From: Pseudomonadales bacterium
Lineage (GTDB): Bacteria > Pseudomonadota > Gammaproteobacteria > Pseudomonadales > Azotimanducaceae
Reading direction: 5' to 3'
DNA: 64,000 nucleotides
Assembly (NCBI GenBank): GCA_028277965.1
Contig: JANQFF010000383.1
Span: 2,325-66,324, forward strand
Shown: piece by piece, positions 20,569 through 30,644 of the stretch
How the letters are laid out: every line of letters starts with the position of its first letter
Numbering within the stretch: position 1 is the first letter of the stretch
The notes under the pieces: generated by a model
Database searches by the model: none
The model's input: only the letters and a program-made list of their open reading frames with translations
Told to the model about the DNA's origin: nothing
Translations under genes and position numbers: made by a program

Positions 20569-20790
20569 GTGGCGCGACACGAAGTAGAAAGTGAAGTCAC
20601 CGGGAATGTATGGAAGATCCTGCTGGAGCAGGGCGCGGCGGTTGCTGAGGGTGATGTCATCATGATCCTCGAATCGATGAAAATGGAGATTCCCGTTGAG
20701 GCCCCGGCTGACGGCACGCTGGCGGAGATCTGTGTCGCTGTTGAAGATCAGGTAGAAGAAGACCAGGTGGTTGCCATTGTCGAAGACTGA
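20569..20790 (+). CDS. Biotin carboxyl carrier protein
   Basis: ESMKME biotinylation motif in a 73-aa protein. Confidence 0.92.
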   Translation: MARHEVESEVTGNVWKILLEQGAAVAEGDVIMILESMKMEIPVEAPADGTLAEICVAVEDQVEEDQVVAIVED

Positions 20791-21217
20791 TCGCATCTGG
20801 GTGATCGAGCCCGACATCGAAGCGCTGAACGGGCTTCATGAGAATACGGCGGTATCTCAGATGGGGATCCTGATCACCCGGGTTGGACCGGACTATCTGG
20901 CCGGCCAGATGCCGGTCGATCACCGGACCAGACAGCCGTTTGGACTCATGCATGGAGGAGCGGCTGCGCTCCTGCTGGAAACATTGGCGAGTGCTGCAGC
21001 AAATCACTGTGTCAATCCTGAAACCCACATCTGTGTGGGATTGGAACTCAACTGCAATCATCTGCGCGGCGTGCAGGAAGGTACAGTAACGGGTGTCGCC
21101 CGGGCGATTCACGTGGGACGATCGTCCATGGTCTGGGGATTGCAGGCGATAGACGATCAGAGCCGCGAGGTGACAGTAGGACGCCTGACGTCAGCGGTGA
21201 CGGAGCTGAAACGATAA
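20771..21217 (+). CDS. Hotdog-fold thioesterase (PaaI/YdiI-MenI family)
   Basis: QPFGLMHGGAAALLLET and GLELNCNH. Confidence 0.9.
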   Translation: MPLSKTDRIWVIEPDIEALNGLHENTAVSQMGILITRVGPDYLAGQMPVDHRTRQPFGLMHGGAAALLLETLASAAANHCVNPETHICVGLELNCNHLRGVQEGTVTGVARAIHVGRSSMVWGLQAIDDQSREVTVGRLTSAVTELKR

Positions 21218-21232
21218 GCGGGGCCAGACCGG

Positions 21233-21826
21233 ATGGGGATCAGGATCAAACCGGCAAAGAAAATCGCGGACGCAAACCAGCGCGCTGCCCTGGCCTCGCC
21301 GTTGCGGCTTGAAATTCTGAACCTCTTTGCCAGTGCCGAACCGCTGTCGATCTCCGACATGGCCACGATGATGAATCGGTCAGCCGGTTCTTTGTACCAT
21401 CATGTCCACATCCTCGAAGAAGCCGGTATCGTCCGCCAGACGGGCACGCGGCCAAAAGGCAAACGACATGAGGCGCTCTATCTCCCCACCGCTGCGCGAT
21501 TCGAATATGACACATCGTCCGGGGAAGAAGAGACGATAGCCAGCGCTGTCAAGCTGATGTCGACCGGTTTCCGGATGGCCGAGCGGGACCTGGAAGCGGC
21601 CCTTCGTTCCGACGATAGCGCGATGGAGGGGCCGGACCCGAACTTTTATGCGTTCAGGATGCACGTGCGCGCCTCTCCGGAACTGTTAGCGAAAATAAAC
21701 GAACATATGAACGCGGTTCTGGAACTGATATCGCCTGGTGAGATTACTTCGTCGGAATTTGGCCCTGACGACCAGCATGTGTCTCTGACGCTGGCGCTTC
21801 TCCCTATCAAAGGACGGGACCAGTAA
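21233..21826 (+). CDS. ArsR-like winged-helix transcription regulator
   Basis: ALASPLRLEIL...SLYHHVHILEEAGIV HTH. Confidence 0.85.
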   Translation: MGIRIKPAKKIADANQRAALASPLRLEILNLFASAEPLSISDMATMMNRSAGSLYHHVHILEEAGIVRQTGTRPKGKRHEALYLPTAARFEYDTSSGEEETIASAVKLMSTGFRMAERDLEAALRSDDSAMEGPDPNFYAFRMHVRASPELLAKINEHMNAVLELISPGEITSSEFGPDDQHVSLTLALLPIKGRDQ

Positions 21827-21836
21827 CAAGACGGCT

Positions 21837-22769
21837 ATGCGCATCCTGATCTACGGCGCCGGAAACATGGGCTGTGTGTATGCCGCCAGGCTCGCACAGA
21901 GCGGTCAGGACATCACAATTCTCGCGCGTGGTAATCGGTATGTCGCCCTGAGCGATAACGGGATAACGCTGGAGGATGGGGTTTCAGGCAAGCGTTCCTC
22001 GATCCCGGTTGCGGTTGTCGATCGTTTAGATCCTGCTGATACGTATGATCTCATTCTCGTGGTTCTGCCGAAGCCATCGCTTGGCGAGGTGTTACCGGTC
22101 CTGGCGGAGAACGCCACGCAGAGTGTCATGTTCTTTGGAAACAATGTCGCCGGTCCCGAACCGATGGTGTCGGCGTTGGGACCTGACCGGGTTCTTCTCG
22201 GATTTCCAGGCGCTGCCGCGGTTCCCAACAATGACGCGATCCGATACGTCATCACTTCCCGGGGTGAACAACCCACCACGATTGGGGAACTCGATGGCAG
22301 GCGCTCCGAACGTATACAGGCAATTGCGGGGATGTTCGAAGAAGCGGGTTTCCCTGCGTCGCTCTGCCGGGATATGGACGCCTGGCTGAAGACCCACGCT
22401 GCGAAAATCCTGCCAACCGGCGGCGCGCTCTTCTACGCGGGTGGGCAGGCCAGTCAGCTCGCGACAAACGATGAGGCGATCCGGCTGATGGTACGTGCGA
22501 TTCTCGAGGGCTTTGAGGTCCTGCGGGCCAATGGCGTCCCGATCACGCCGTCGAATCACCGCGTGCTCCTGTGGCTGCCTGAATGGCTGCTCGTGAAGAT
22601 CATGAAACGCATGTTCAGCGGCGAAACGACCGCGATCAAGATTGGACATGCGGAACAGGCACGCGATGAACTCCTGATTCTCGCCGGTGAATTCCGGGAG
22701 CTGAATGCCAGCACCCGGCTCCCCACACCGGCAATGGACAGGTTATTGGGGTATCTGCCTCCTCTTTGA
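21837..22769 (+). CDS. Ketopantoate reductase (PanE/ApbA) family protein
   Basis: GAGNMG Rossmann, ARG, WLKTH catalytic Lys region. Confidence 0.82.
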   Translation: MRILIYGAGNMGCVYAARLAQSGQDITILARGNRYVALSDNGITLEDGVSGKRSSIPVAVVDRLDPADTYDLILVVLPKPSLGEVLPVLAENATQSVMFFGNNVAGPEPMVSALGPDRVLLGFPGAAAVPNNDAIRYVITSRGEQPTTIGELDGRRSERIQAIAGMFEEAGFPASLCRDMDAWLKTHAAKILPTGGALFYAGGQASQLATNDEAIRLMVRAILEGFEVLRANGVPITPSNHRVLLWLPEWLLVKIMKRMFSGETTAIKIGHAEQARDELLILAGEFRELNASTRLPTPAMDRLLGYLPPL

Positions 22770-22818
22770 GTTGTCTGCCCATCGGCAAACTCATAACATG
22801 GCTGCCCCTTGAACAGAT

Positions 22819-23880
22819 ATGTCACCGATGTTGAACGAAGAAGCTATCCGCGATCTGGTCGCCACCCACGGCGGCACCGTAAACGAAGGCCGTCCGATCA
22901 GGCAGCTCATCGACGAGGGCGAGATCCCACGCCTGACCGGGTGTACGGTCCTCGAGGGTAAAGTTTCAGATTCTGTTTTCGGGGACAACTTAAAAACCTC
23001 GTCAGGAAAACCAATTCGCCTGATGTTCCGGAACAACCGGATATCGACCCACGATGTGAACCGGGGGGAGATACCGTTCAAAGACCAGGTTCTGGCGGTC
23101 AATCACGATCATATGCTGCAGTTGGTGAAGCCTGTTCTAGGGACTTCACAGTTTGAAGTTGAAGGGCTTGAGCCGACCTCCACTGTGATCCCTGCTGAGA
23201 ACCTCAACCTCCTTCAGGTTGAGAACGTTCTGCGCCTCTACAACGCGGAAAGTTCCACCTCCACCTCCTTGTATCAGCACTGGCTGGCGGCCAGGGAGGA
23301 GGGTCAAACCACGATGGACTACGCGGGGCACAAGCTCGATGTTGGCGCTCTTGAGCCGAATGGGCGGCTCCCGTACCTGATGGACACACCCAGCACAAAA
23401 GAAAAGGTCGACCGTACGACCGATGTGGATTACCTGATTCAGGCCGGTGCCTGTACAGAACATCAGTATATCCAGATGCGTAACGCGTCCCTGATGGCTT
23501 TCGGCATTGTCTCGCAGTATCTCTCGCAGAAGGGAATGGTGCTTGTCGATACCAAGACGGAGCACGGGATCAACGCTGACGGCGAGATCGTGTCAGCAGA
23601 CGAGCTCTACACCATGGACTCGTCCCGCTTCTGGCGGATGGACGAGAGTGGCGCTGTGATGACCCGGGACAGCAAGCCGGTCTCGTTCTCGAAAGAGTTT
23701 GCCCGCGGAATGGTGAAAGAGCAGGGGCAGCAGTTCACCCAGGAGCAAGCCAATGAAATTGCTGTTCGCTACATCCAGGGATTGCAGCACCTGACAGGGG
23801 ACGCCTTCGAGCCGGATCTGCGCCCGCGTGATCAGCGCATCATCGAGTCCACTAACCTCATCCTGGATACTCTGCTGTAA
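22819..23880 (+). CDS. purC: SAICAR synthetase (PurC)-like protein, divergent
   Basis: TPSTK, LVDTKTEHG, DELYTMDSSRFW, SKEFAR; several N-terminal motifs altered (see findings). Confidence 0.75.
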   Translation: MSPMLNEEAIRDLVATHGGTVNEGRPIRQLIDEGEIPRLTGCTVLEGKVSDSVFGDNLKTSSGKPIRLMFRNNRISTHDVNRGEIPFKDQVLAVNHDHMLQLVKPVLGTSQFEVEGLEPTSTVIPAENLNLLQVENVLRLYNAESSTSTSLYQHWLAAREEGQTTMDYAGHKLDVGALEPNGRLPYLMDTPSTKEKVDRTTDVDYLIQAGACTEHQYIQMRNASLMAFGIVSQYLSQKGMVLVDTKTEHGINADGEIVSADELYTMDSSRFWRMDESGAVMTRDSKPVSFSKEFARGMVKEQGQQFTQEQANEIAVRYIQGLQHLTGDAFEPDLRPRDQRIIESTNLILDTLL

Positions 23881-24091
23881 AATCTCCGGTCGGTCAGACG
23901 ACCGTCGTTACACCAGTCCTGAAAACGCGCTTGCTTTGCGGCTCAAATTCCCGCAAGGTGCGCGCCTTCTATCGTACGTGCTCGCTCCGCTTCCATTCCC
24001 GGAGTTGCCGATCCTTCCGAATTCACCCGTTGTCCTGATGCACGCCAAACGACGGCGGCACTAAGTCAACTACATAACAACAAGGTCTCAT

Positions 24092-25375
24092 TTGAAGTCT
24101 TCTGAATTTCCTGCTCTAGGCATACACGGGGTGCTCGCCGAAACGTTGGCGCGAGCCAACTTTGAAATGCCAACACAGATCCAACGCCAGGCGATACCGC
24201 TGGTCCTGAAAGGCCGCGACGTGGTGGGAATCGCGCAGACCGGAACCGGCAAAACCGCGGCGTTTGGCCTGCCGGTGCTGATGCAGATACTCGATGCGGG
24301 TAAACCCGCGCAATCAGGAAAGCCAGCCGCGCTTGTCCTCGCTCCAACAAGGGAGCTGGCTGCGCAGATCCACAGTGAACTCACCCGTTTTGCTGAAAAC
24401 ACCGGGCTCAAGCAAGTGTGCATTTTCGGGGGTGTGAAACAGGGTCGACAGGTACGCTCGCTGCAACAGGGCCTTCACGTGCTCATCGCCACACCTGGCC
24501 GTTTGCTTGATCTCATGGAACAGGGGCATGTATCCCTCGATTGCGTCCGGCACCTTGTCCTCGACGAAGCGGACCGGCTCCTCGATCTCGGTTTTGCCAG
24601 GGACATCAAACGTATTACCAGGAAATTGCCAGGGCGACGGCAGACCCTGCTGTTTTCAGCAACCATGCCCGCCTCCGTTGCAGCATTGGTGAAATCCCTG
24701 CTGTATAAGCCGCATCGTATCGACGTGTCTCCGAAGAAGGTCACTGTCGACAAAATCGACCAGTACGTTTCCTTCGTTCCGGCCAAACAGAAGCAGTTTG
24801 CTCTCCGGGCCCTGCTTGGGGACAAGGCGGTTTCGAAAGCGATTGTGTTTACCCGAACCAAGCGCGAAGCGGACCGGGTGGCCCGCAAACTTAATAACGG
24901 CGGTGTTGTTGCGGAGGCGATCCACGGCAACAAGACGCAGAACGCGAGGACCCGTGCGCTGAACAGTTTTCTGAGCGGGGACGCCTGGGTGCTGGTCGCA
25001 ACCGATATTGCCGCGCGCGGTATCGACATCAGCGGAATCTCTCACGTCATCAACTACAACCTGCCTCAGGATCCTGAAAGTTACGTACATCGAATCGGCA
25101 GGACTGGCCGCGCAGGCGCGAGCGGGTGTGCCTGGTCTCTGGTTGATGACAGCGAACGCGGCAAACTTCGATCCATCGAAAAGCTCACGCGCCTTCAGCT
25201 GGAAGAGTATCCGGTCGATTTTGGTGCGGATGGCGAGTTTATCTCGGGAGAACAGAATGGCCCTGCCGGGGGTAAACAGACGTCTCAGGAATCACGGGCT
25301 ACAGGCGACAGTCGTTCAGGTCGTCGCCGAAGACGCCGTCGGCCTAATCGCAAGCGTTCCCTGAAAGCCGCCTGA
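24092..25375 (+). CDS. rhlE: DEAD-box RNA helicase, RhlE-like
   Basis: Q motif, GTGKT, PTRELA, TPGRL, DEAD, SAT, ARGID, HRIGRTGR, basic C-terminal tail. Confidence 0.92.
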   Translation: MKSSEFPALGIHGVLAETLARANFEMPTQIQRQAIPLVLKGRDVVGIAQTGTGKTAAFGLPVLMQILDAGKPAQSGKPAALVLAPTRELAAQIHSELTRFAENTGLKQVCIFGGVKQGRQVRSLQQGLHVLIATPGRLLDLMEQGHVSLDCVRHLVLDEADRLLDLGFARDIKRITRKLPGRRQTLLFSATMPASVAALVKSLLYKPHRIDVSPKKVTVDKIDQYVSFVPAKQKQFALRALLGDKAVSKAIVFTRTKREADRVARKLNNGGVVAEAIHGNKTQNARTRALNSFLSGDAWVLVATDIAARGIDISGISHVINYNLPQDPESYVHRIGRTGRAGASGCAWSLVDDSERGKLRSIEKLTRLQLEEYPVDFGADGEFISGEQNGPAGGKQTSQESRATGDSRSGRRRRRRRPNRKRSLKAA

Positions 25376-25435
25376 AAGCTGTTTGGCCTGCGCTGCGAGT
25401 CGCGCCATGAAGTCAGCCGGGTTACGATCCTGGAC

Positions 25436-25876
25436 ATGAACGACGACATTGAACCCATCCGGGCCCTGGTGCACCGTTACTGCCACGCCGTTTGCGTGGG
25501 AGACACGGATGCCTGGGCAGATACCTGGGACGACGGCGCGGTGTGGAACATCGGCCGCGGTGAAGTCGTCGGGCGCGATGCCATACGCACTGCGTTTTCC
25601 ACGTCGATGGAGTTGTTTGATGCCGTCAAGCAGGTGGCACTCAGCGGGTGTGCGGATCTCAGCGACTCATCCGGACGCGGCCAGTGGTACTTCATGGAAT
25701 TGGCGCGCGCGAAGTCCGGGCGTAACGTGTTCTACCTCGCACACTACGACGACGAGTACCGGCTGGATGAACAGCGAGGTTGGCTGTTCACGGCACGTAC
25801 CATCACCTGGCACTACCAGGGTCCCCCCGACCTGACCGGGGTGTTCGGCGCGCCGGAGGGCTACTTCAGTAGCTGA
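25436..25876 (+). CDS. SnoaL-like / NTF2-family protein
   Basis: LVHRYCHAV...WADTWDDGAVW...GRDAI...YDDEY...WLF pattern. Confidence 0.82.
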   Translation: MNDDIEPIRALVHRYCHAVCVGDTDAWADTWDDGAVWNIGRGEVVGRDAIRTAFSTSMELFDAVKQVALSGCADLSDSSGRGQWYFMELARAKSGRNVFYLAHYDDEYRLDEQRGWLFTARTITWHYQGPPDLTGVFGAPEGYFSS

Positions 25877-25996
25877 ACTGGATCGGCTGGCGATTTCCCG
25901 CCCTGTGGTCCCGCATTCAGATGTACAGCACGGGCACCATTAGACAAAACCCAATCCAGTTCCTCGACAGCCTCTATTCAGATCCCCCTTTGTACC

Positions 25997-26041
25997 CTCT
26001 CGAAATGGAGGGGACGCGAGCTTTGTGTTTGTCAGTAGTCT
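25997..26041 (+). promoter_or_regulatory. Candidate activator-dependent promoter: palindrome CTCTC-GAAATG-GAGGG plus -10 TAGTCT
   Basis: Palindrome 25997-26012 and TAGTCT 26036-26041; the same arrangement occurs upstream of the amidohydrolase. Confidence 0.55.
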
Positions 26042-26072
26042 ACCGGGCGATAGGGGATACGGAGAGTTAAAC

Positions 26073-28412
26073 ATGCGGAACCAAATAATGAACTACTGTC
26101 TCGGGGCTCTAGCCTTTATGACGATGGCAATGCCAACAATCGTATTCGCGGAGTCGACCGAGGATTCTTCAGCCAGGGATACTACTATCGAAGAAGTTGT
26201 CGTCACTGCCCGGCGCAGAGCGGAAAGTCTGCAGGACGTACCTGTAACGGCCAGTGTGCTATCGGCCGATCTCATGGAGCGACAAGCTATCGACACCATG
26301 GATGAGATGGCGAATCGAATTCCCAATCTTGTCATCATCAAGGGTGCATCTGGTGGTGGCGGCTCATTGCGACTACGAGGAATTGGAACCAGCAACATCA
26401 GTGCGGCGTTCGACTCTGCAATTGCACTTAACATCGATGGTGTCGTTACCAACTCTATGAGGCTGGTGAACAATACGTTCATGGACTTAGAGCAAGTTGA
26501 ATTACTGAAGGGGCCACAGTCCTTGTACTATGGTAAAAGCGCATCCGCTGGTGTGCTAACGATGCGTTCAAACGATCCTGGCTCGGAATTTGAAGCGGAT
26601 GTGAGCGTCAGCTATGAGTCGGAACTGGATACAACGACGGTGTTTGGTGTGATATCCGGTCCGCTCTCAGATACCCTTGGAATGAGACTTGCACTGCAAA
26701 GCAAGGAAACCGACGAACTTTTCAAGAATACAGCCCCGGGAGTTCGTAATTCAGAACGAGGTGAGGAGAGTTTTGACGCTCGCTTAACAACCGTCTGGGA
26801 ACCATCAGACGTGTTGGATGTAAAGCTGAAACTCGCTTACTCCGACTTCGAAAACGATGGCACGTTGTCCAATCACGACATGTTGTGCCCAGGCACACAG
26901 CAAGATGTGATTGTCGGCGGAATTGTCTACGGCCCAAGTGGTCTCGACTGCGACCCGTTTGACCGCAAAATCCAGTTTGGAGATGCGAATCCAATCCTCC
27001 GAGGTAACTACCTGGGATGGGATGGGGTACCGTTCTCTGATCAAGAGGCAACTTTCGCCAGTCTTCAGATAGTGTACGACCTCTCCGATACCCTTACGCT
27101 TAACTCAACTACGGGTTATTTCGATATTGACGATGAGAGTGTAGATGCTTACGCCGGTAATCAGTTCGGTTTGGGCATAGGGCTGGCTCAGACCAGGCGA
27201 GAAGGTATATCCCAAGAAGTAAGAATTGAAAGCTCATTCGATGGGCCGCTCAACTTCATGGCGGGTGCCTACTATCAGGACCGCGAAATTGACTTTGAGT
27301 CAGGTGATGTTGCGCCGTTATTCCTGCCGATTTTCGGGCCGAATCCAGGAACTGGGGAAACGTTTGAGTGGCACAAGGTGCACGATACGGACGCAGAAAC
27401 CTGGTCTGCGTTTTTCAGTCTGGATTGGAGTGTTTCGGATCGACTGGATTTGACGACGGGTGTCCGCTACACCGATGAAGAAGTGTCCAACACGGTATCG
27501 TTGCCTTACGTCTACTTCTTCCTACCCGTGGCTATCCCCGTCGCCGGTTCGTCAGGGTTCCAGTCGTCGCCTATCGATTTCGACGACGACAACGTATCGC
27601 CCGAACTGAGCCTGCGATTCGCAGCGACTGATTCCACAATGATCTATGCGGCCTACAAAACCGGATTTAAGTCCGGCGGTGTAGACAATAGCGCGCTGCC
27701 CACCAACGTTTCGGCACCCGCTTTGCAGGGACTCATCTATGACTCGGAGACCTCTGATGGCTTTGAAGTTGGCACCAGATCTGATCTGTTAGACGGCAAG
27801 TTGCGCATCAACAGCACGTTTTATCGATACGTGTACGAAGACCTTCAAGTTCAAATATTTAATGGCGCGACCTTTCAGTATGTGACGCAGAACTTTGGTG
27901 AGGTGACAAGCCAAGGCGCTGAATTGGACTTAATCTGGGTCGTTGCGGGTGGTCTGGCTTTGAACGCGAGTCTCTACTATTCCGATTCTGAACTGACCGA
28001 CGACTTTTTTGATCAAACAAACGTAAATCAGAAAGGAGAGCAGATCACAGGAAACGCGGAGTGGACTGCTCAGTTAGGATTGGACTATTCCTGGGCTGTT
28101 GGCGACAACCTTAGAGCAGAGTTTTCTCTACACACGCGCTACTCAGACGACTACAACTTAGCCAATGAAAACCAGGTCTGGTACCGACAGGATTCTTATT
28201 GGGTTGTTGATGCCTATGCTGCCCTCGAAAGTGCGGACGAACGCTGGAGATTGTCGATTACGGGTATCAACGTGTTCGATGAAGACTATGCTCTCGATGC
28301 GGGTGCATCGACCGGTCGCATCCCTAACGTAGAAGACAATGGGCGTTTCGACCAAAGACTTACCATCGCACCGGGTCGTTTGTTTACCTTTGAAGCGAAG
28401 TATCGTTTCTAA
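26073..28412 (+). CDS. TonB-dependent outer-membrane receptor
   Basis: Signal peptide, TonB box EEVVVTARRR, LKGPQSLYYG, C-terminal YRF; ATG 26073 after GGAG. Confidence 0.95.
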   Translation: MRNQIMNYCLGALAFMTMAMPTIVFAESTEDSSARDTTIEEVVVTARRRAESLQDVPVTASVLSADLMERQAIDTMDEMANRIPNLVIIKGASGGGGSLRLRGIGTSNISAAFDSAIALNIDGVVTNSMRLVNNTFMDLEQVELLKGPQSLYYGKSASAGVLTMRSNDPGSEFEADVSVSYESELDTTTVFGVISGPLSDTLGMRLALQSKETDELFKNTAPGVRNSERGEESFDARLTTVWEPSDVLDVKLKLAYSDFENDGTLSNHDMLCPGTQQDVIVGGIVYGPSGLDCDPFDRKIQFGDANPILRGNYLGWDGVPFSDQEATFASLQIVYDLSDTLTLNSTTGYFDIDDESVDAYAGNQFGLGIGLAQTRREGISQEVRIESSFDGPLNFMAGAYYQDREIDFESGDVAPLFLPIFGPNPGTGETFEWHKVHDTDAETWSAFFSLDWSVSDRLDLTTGVRYTDEEVSNTVSLPYVYFFLPVAIPVAGSSGFQSSPIDFDDDNVSPELSLRFAATDSTMIYAAYKTGFKSGGVDNSALPTNVSAPALQGLIYDSETSDGFEVGTRSDLLDGKLRINSTFYRYVYEDLQVQIFNGATFQYVTQNFGEVTSQGAELDLIWVVAGGLALNASLYYSDSELTDDFFDQTNVNQKGEQITGNAEWTAQLGLDYSWAVGDNLRAEFSLHTRYSDDYNLANENQVWYRQDSYWVVDAYAALESADERWRLSITGINVFDEDYALDAGASTGRIPNVEDNGRFDQRLTIAPGRLFTFEAKYRF

Positions 28413-28431
28413 TTTGCTATAGGAGTAATTC

Positions 28432-29724
28432 ATGGAACCGAACTTACAAGACAAGCCTGTTGTACCGATGAGCGAGTACGTAGAACTACTCTCAGAGGGG
28501 TGGCGAGAGACGCTAAACAGCCGTCTCCAGATCTTCTTCAACCACATGAAAGAGACTTTGAGAGGCGAGACACAAACTATCTTATTGGTACTGAGGAATG
28601 CGCCACCGCATCTTTCGCTGGCGGACAATGTAGGCAAGCTCTCTATTGTCATTTCCGAATCGAAGGTCGAAGTCGCTCCCGATGGCAACGCCGAACCAGA
28701 CTTGATGATTGAAGCTGACTACACGCACGCCTTGCCTATTGCTCAGGCTGTTGGAGAAGAAGCGATATCCAGGGCGCTGCACGAAGCAAAACACAATTAT
28801 GGACAAGACTGTATTCGCGTCGAAGGCGCGTTGCCTGAGGGTCACCTGCGAACGATTCTGAGTGCAGCCTGGAACCATATGGCCAGACGTACGCTTGAGA
28901 ACCCAGACCTTGCTATGCGTGTTGTTAAGCAAGGGTTGACACGTCAGGTAAACGAGGTGGAAGAGCTCGGCTACACCGTGATTGAGAATGCCATTTCTCC
29001 AGAATTTACTGAATCTCTACGGAAGGTGATTCAGGAAGAGACGCTCTGTCACAACAATCTGCTGCAGGGCCGGGTCGATTCCAATGGTCTCCTCGGAAGA
29101 GGTCGATCTTTTGAGGACATTGTTCAAATACCGAAGCTCAGAACGGTGGCTGAGACAGCTCTCGGATGCAATATGACGCTCTATACAGTGGGTTCTGCTA
29201 TTTCGCTGTGCGGCCCCGGCAATGTACCCCTCCACACCGATATGCCAAATATTCCAGACCCGTACCCAGGCTGGGGGATGATCGGTGTTGCTGTGTGGGC
29301 GTTCGATGATTGGGTTGAAGAGGCGGGCACCACTTGGGTGATACCTGGCAGTCACAAGCTACGAAGATCACCAGGGCCTCAAGATACGATGGATGGCGGT
29401 GTTCCAATCTTGATGCCGAAAGGATCCGTGACGTTTTTTACTCACGGTATCCACCACTGGCAGGGAGACCGGAGCTTGCCGGAACCCAGAGTGACGCTTC
29501 ACAACGCGTACTGCAGAGCGTTTTTGCGACAGGCTGATGATTTCTCACATTTGGATGCCGCGTTGCATCGGAATTCACCGGTACTGTCGAATCTCGTTGG
29601 GCGCAATGATCACTGGGGATTGTCTGGGCATATGGGCCACGATCCAAGCCTTCAACAAACAGCGCTGAATCTAATGAACGACACCGTGCAACAAGCGTCG
29701 CTCAAAGCGGTTAGTGGAGGTTAA
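28432..29724 (+). CDS. SCP2-like domain fused to PhyH-family Fe(II)/2-oxoglutarate dioxygenase
   Basis: C-terminal domain has LHTD (HxD), WVIPGSH, distal HHW and R-x-T; the N-terminal ~150 aa resemble SCP2-like folds (LLSEGW, DLMIEADY). Confidence 0.78.
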   Translation: MEPNLQDKPVVPMSEYVELLSEGWRETLNSRLQIFFNHMKETLRGETQTILLVLRNAPPHLSLADNVGKLSIVISESKVEVAPDGNAEPDLMIEADYTHALPIAQAVGEEAISRALHEAKHNYGQDCIRVEGALPEGHLRTILSAAWNHMARRTLENPDLAMRVVKQGLTRQVNEVEELGYTVIENAISPEFTESLRKVIQEETLCHNNLLQGRVDSNGLLGRGRSFEDIVQIPKLRTVAETALGCNMTLYTVGSAISLCGPGNVPLHTDMPNIPDPYPGWGMIGVAVWAFDDWVEEAGTTWVIPGSHKLRRSPGPQDTMDGGVPILMPKGSVTFFTHGIHHWQGDRSLPEPRVTLHNAYCRAFLRQADDFSHLDAALHRNSPVLSNLVGRNDHWGLSGHMGHDPSLQQTALNLMNDTVQQASLKAVSGG

Positions 29725-29837
29725 CGCTTGGCGCTTGGGTAAAACTAACGCTGATTCCCCCCCGGCCTCCTCGCCCGTCCATGTGCTTACAAAAACTGAG
29801 TGATGGTCTGGCTGCTGGTGGATTCCGACCTATTCGA

Positions 29838-30644
29838 TCAAGGGTTCTCGTCGCGTCCAACGGTTCCAAGAAGACCGAACTGAACGGCCAATGCGACGCA
29901 GTGTGTAGCGCTGGCAGCGTTGAATTTAGTGCGACAATTATCAATATGGTATCTGACGGTGGTCGTTGATATGCCCACCTCTTCGGATACTTCTGCAAAG
30001 GACAGTCCGTTTGCAACAAGCTTTAGGCATTTCAATTCCTGTAGAGTCAGGTGTGGTAGAGATGCATCAATGGGATCTTTCGCATCAATGGTTTCCATGT
30101 GCGTCATAAACCTGTAGCCGAAATCCAAGAGCTCGGGAGATAGCTCATCCGCAATATTAGAAAGGACCTTGAGATCAACGGAACCACCCCATCCTATGTA
30201 CCCCACAGTTCCCATCGGTTGATGCAAGGGTATGACGAGTAGGTTTTCGACGCCGAGATCCTTCAACTGCTGATTGACGATCTTCTCATCCTGATCGAGC
30301 GGATCACGCCTCGTGTCTACAGTCAGGTTTGTGGCATATGGCAACCGGGTTGTCCAGACTCTCGAATCAGACTTGAGACTGAAGCGCCTTTTACGAACTC
30401 TTTCGAAAAACTCTGTCGGTAATCCTACGGCGTCCGCACCCGCAATAGATTCTGCGTTGTCCAGATTGAACACATCCCTGAACGCCACAGCTCGGCCAAG
30501 GCCGAACAGCGTTCCAGCGTCACTGAGCTTGTCGTAAGCGATTTCTTTTTGATCTAAGGAGCTAACCTCGCGTGAAATAGCGCGAAGTTCTTTCGCCAGC
30601 GCGGTCAGGTCGGATTCGCTTGTGATGCTCTCGTTTTGGTTCAC
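29838..30644 (-). CDS. LuxR-family regulator (autoinducer-binding-like domain plus HTH), no cognate luxI in window
   Basis: LTLQELKCLKLVANGLSFAEVSEEVGISTTTVRYHIDNCRTKF HTH; N-terminal IPLHQPMGTVG. Confidence 0.9.
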   Translation of the reverse strand: MNQNESITSESDLTALAKELRAISREVSSLDQKEIAYDKLSDAGTLFGLGRAVAFRDVFNLDNAESIAGADAVGLPTEFFERVRKRRFSLKSDSRVWTTRLPYATNLTVDTRRDPLDQDEKIVNQQLKDLGVENLLVIPLHQPMGTVGYIGWGGSVDLKVLSNIADELSPELLDFGYRFMTHMETIDAKDPIDASLPHLTLQELKCLKLVANGLSFAEVSEEVGISTTTVRYHIDNCRTKFNAASATHCVALAVQFGLLGTVGRDENP

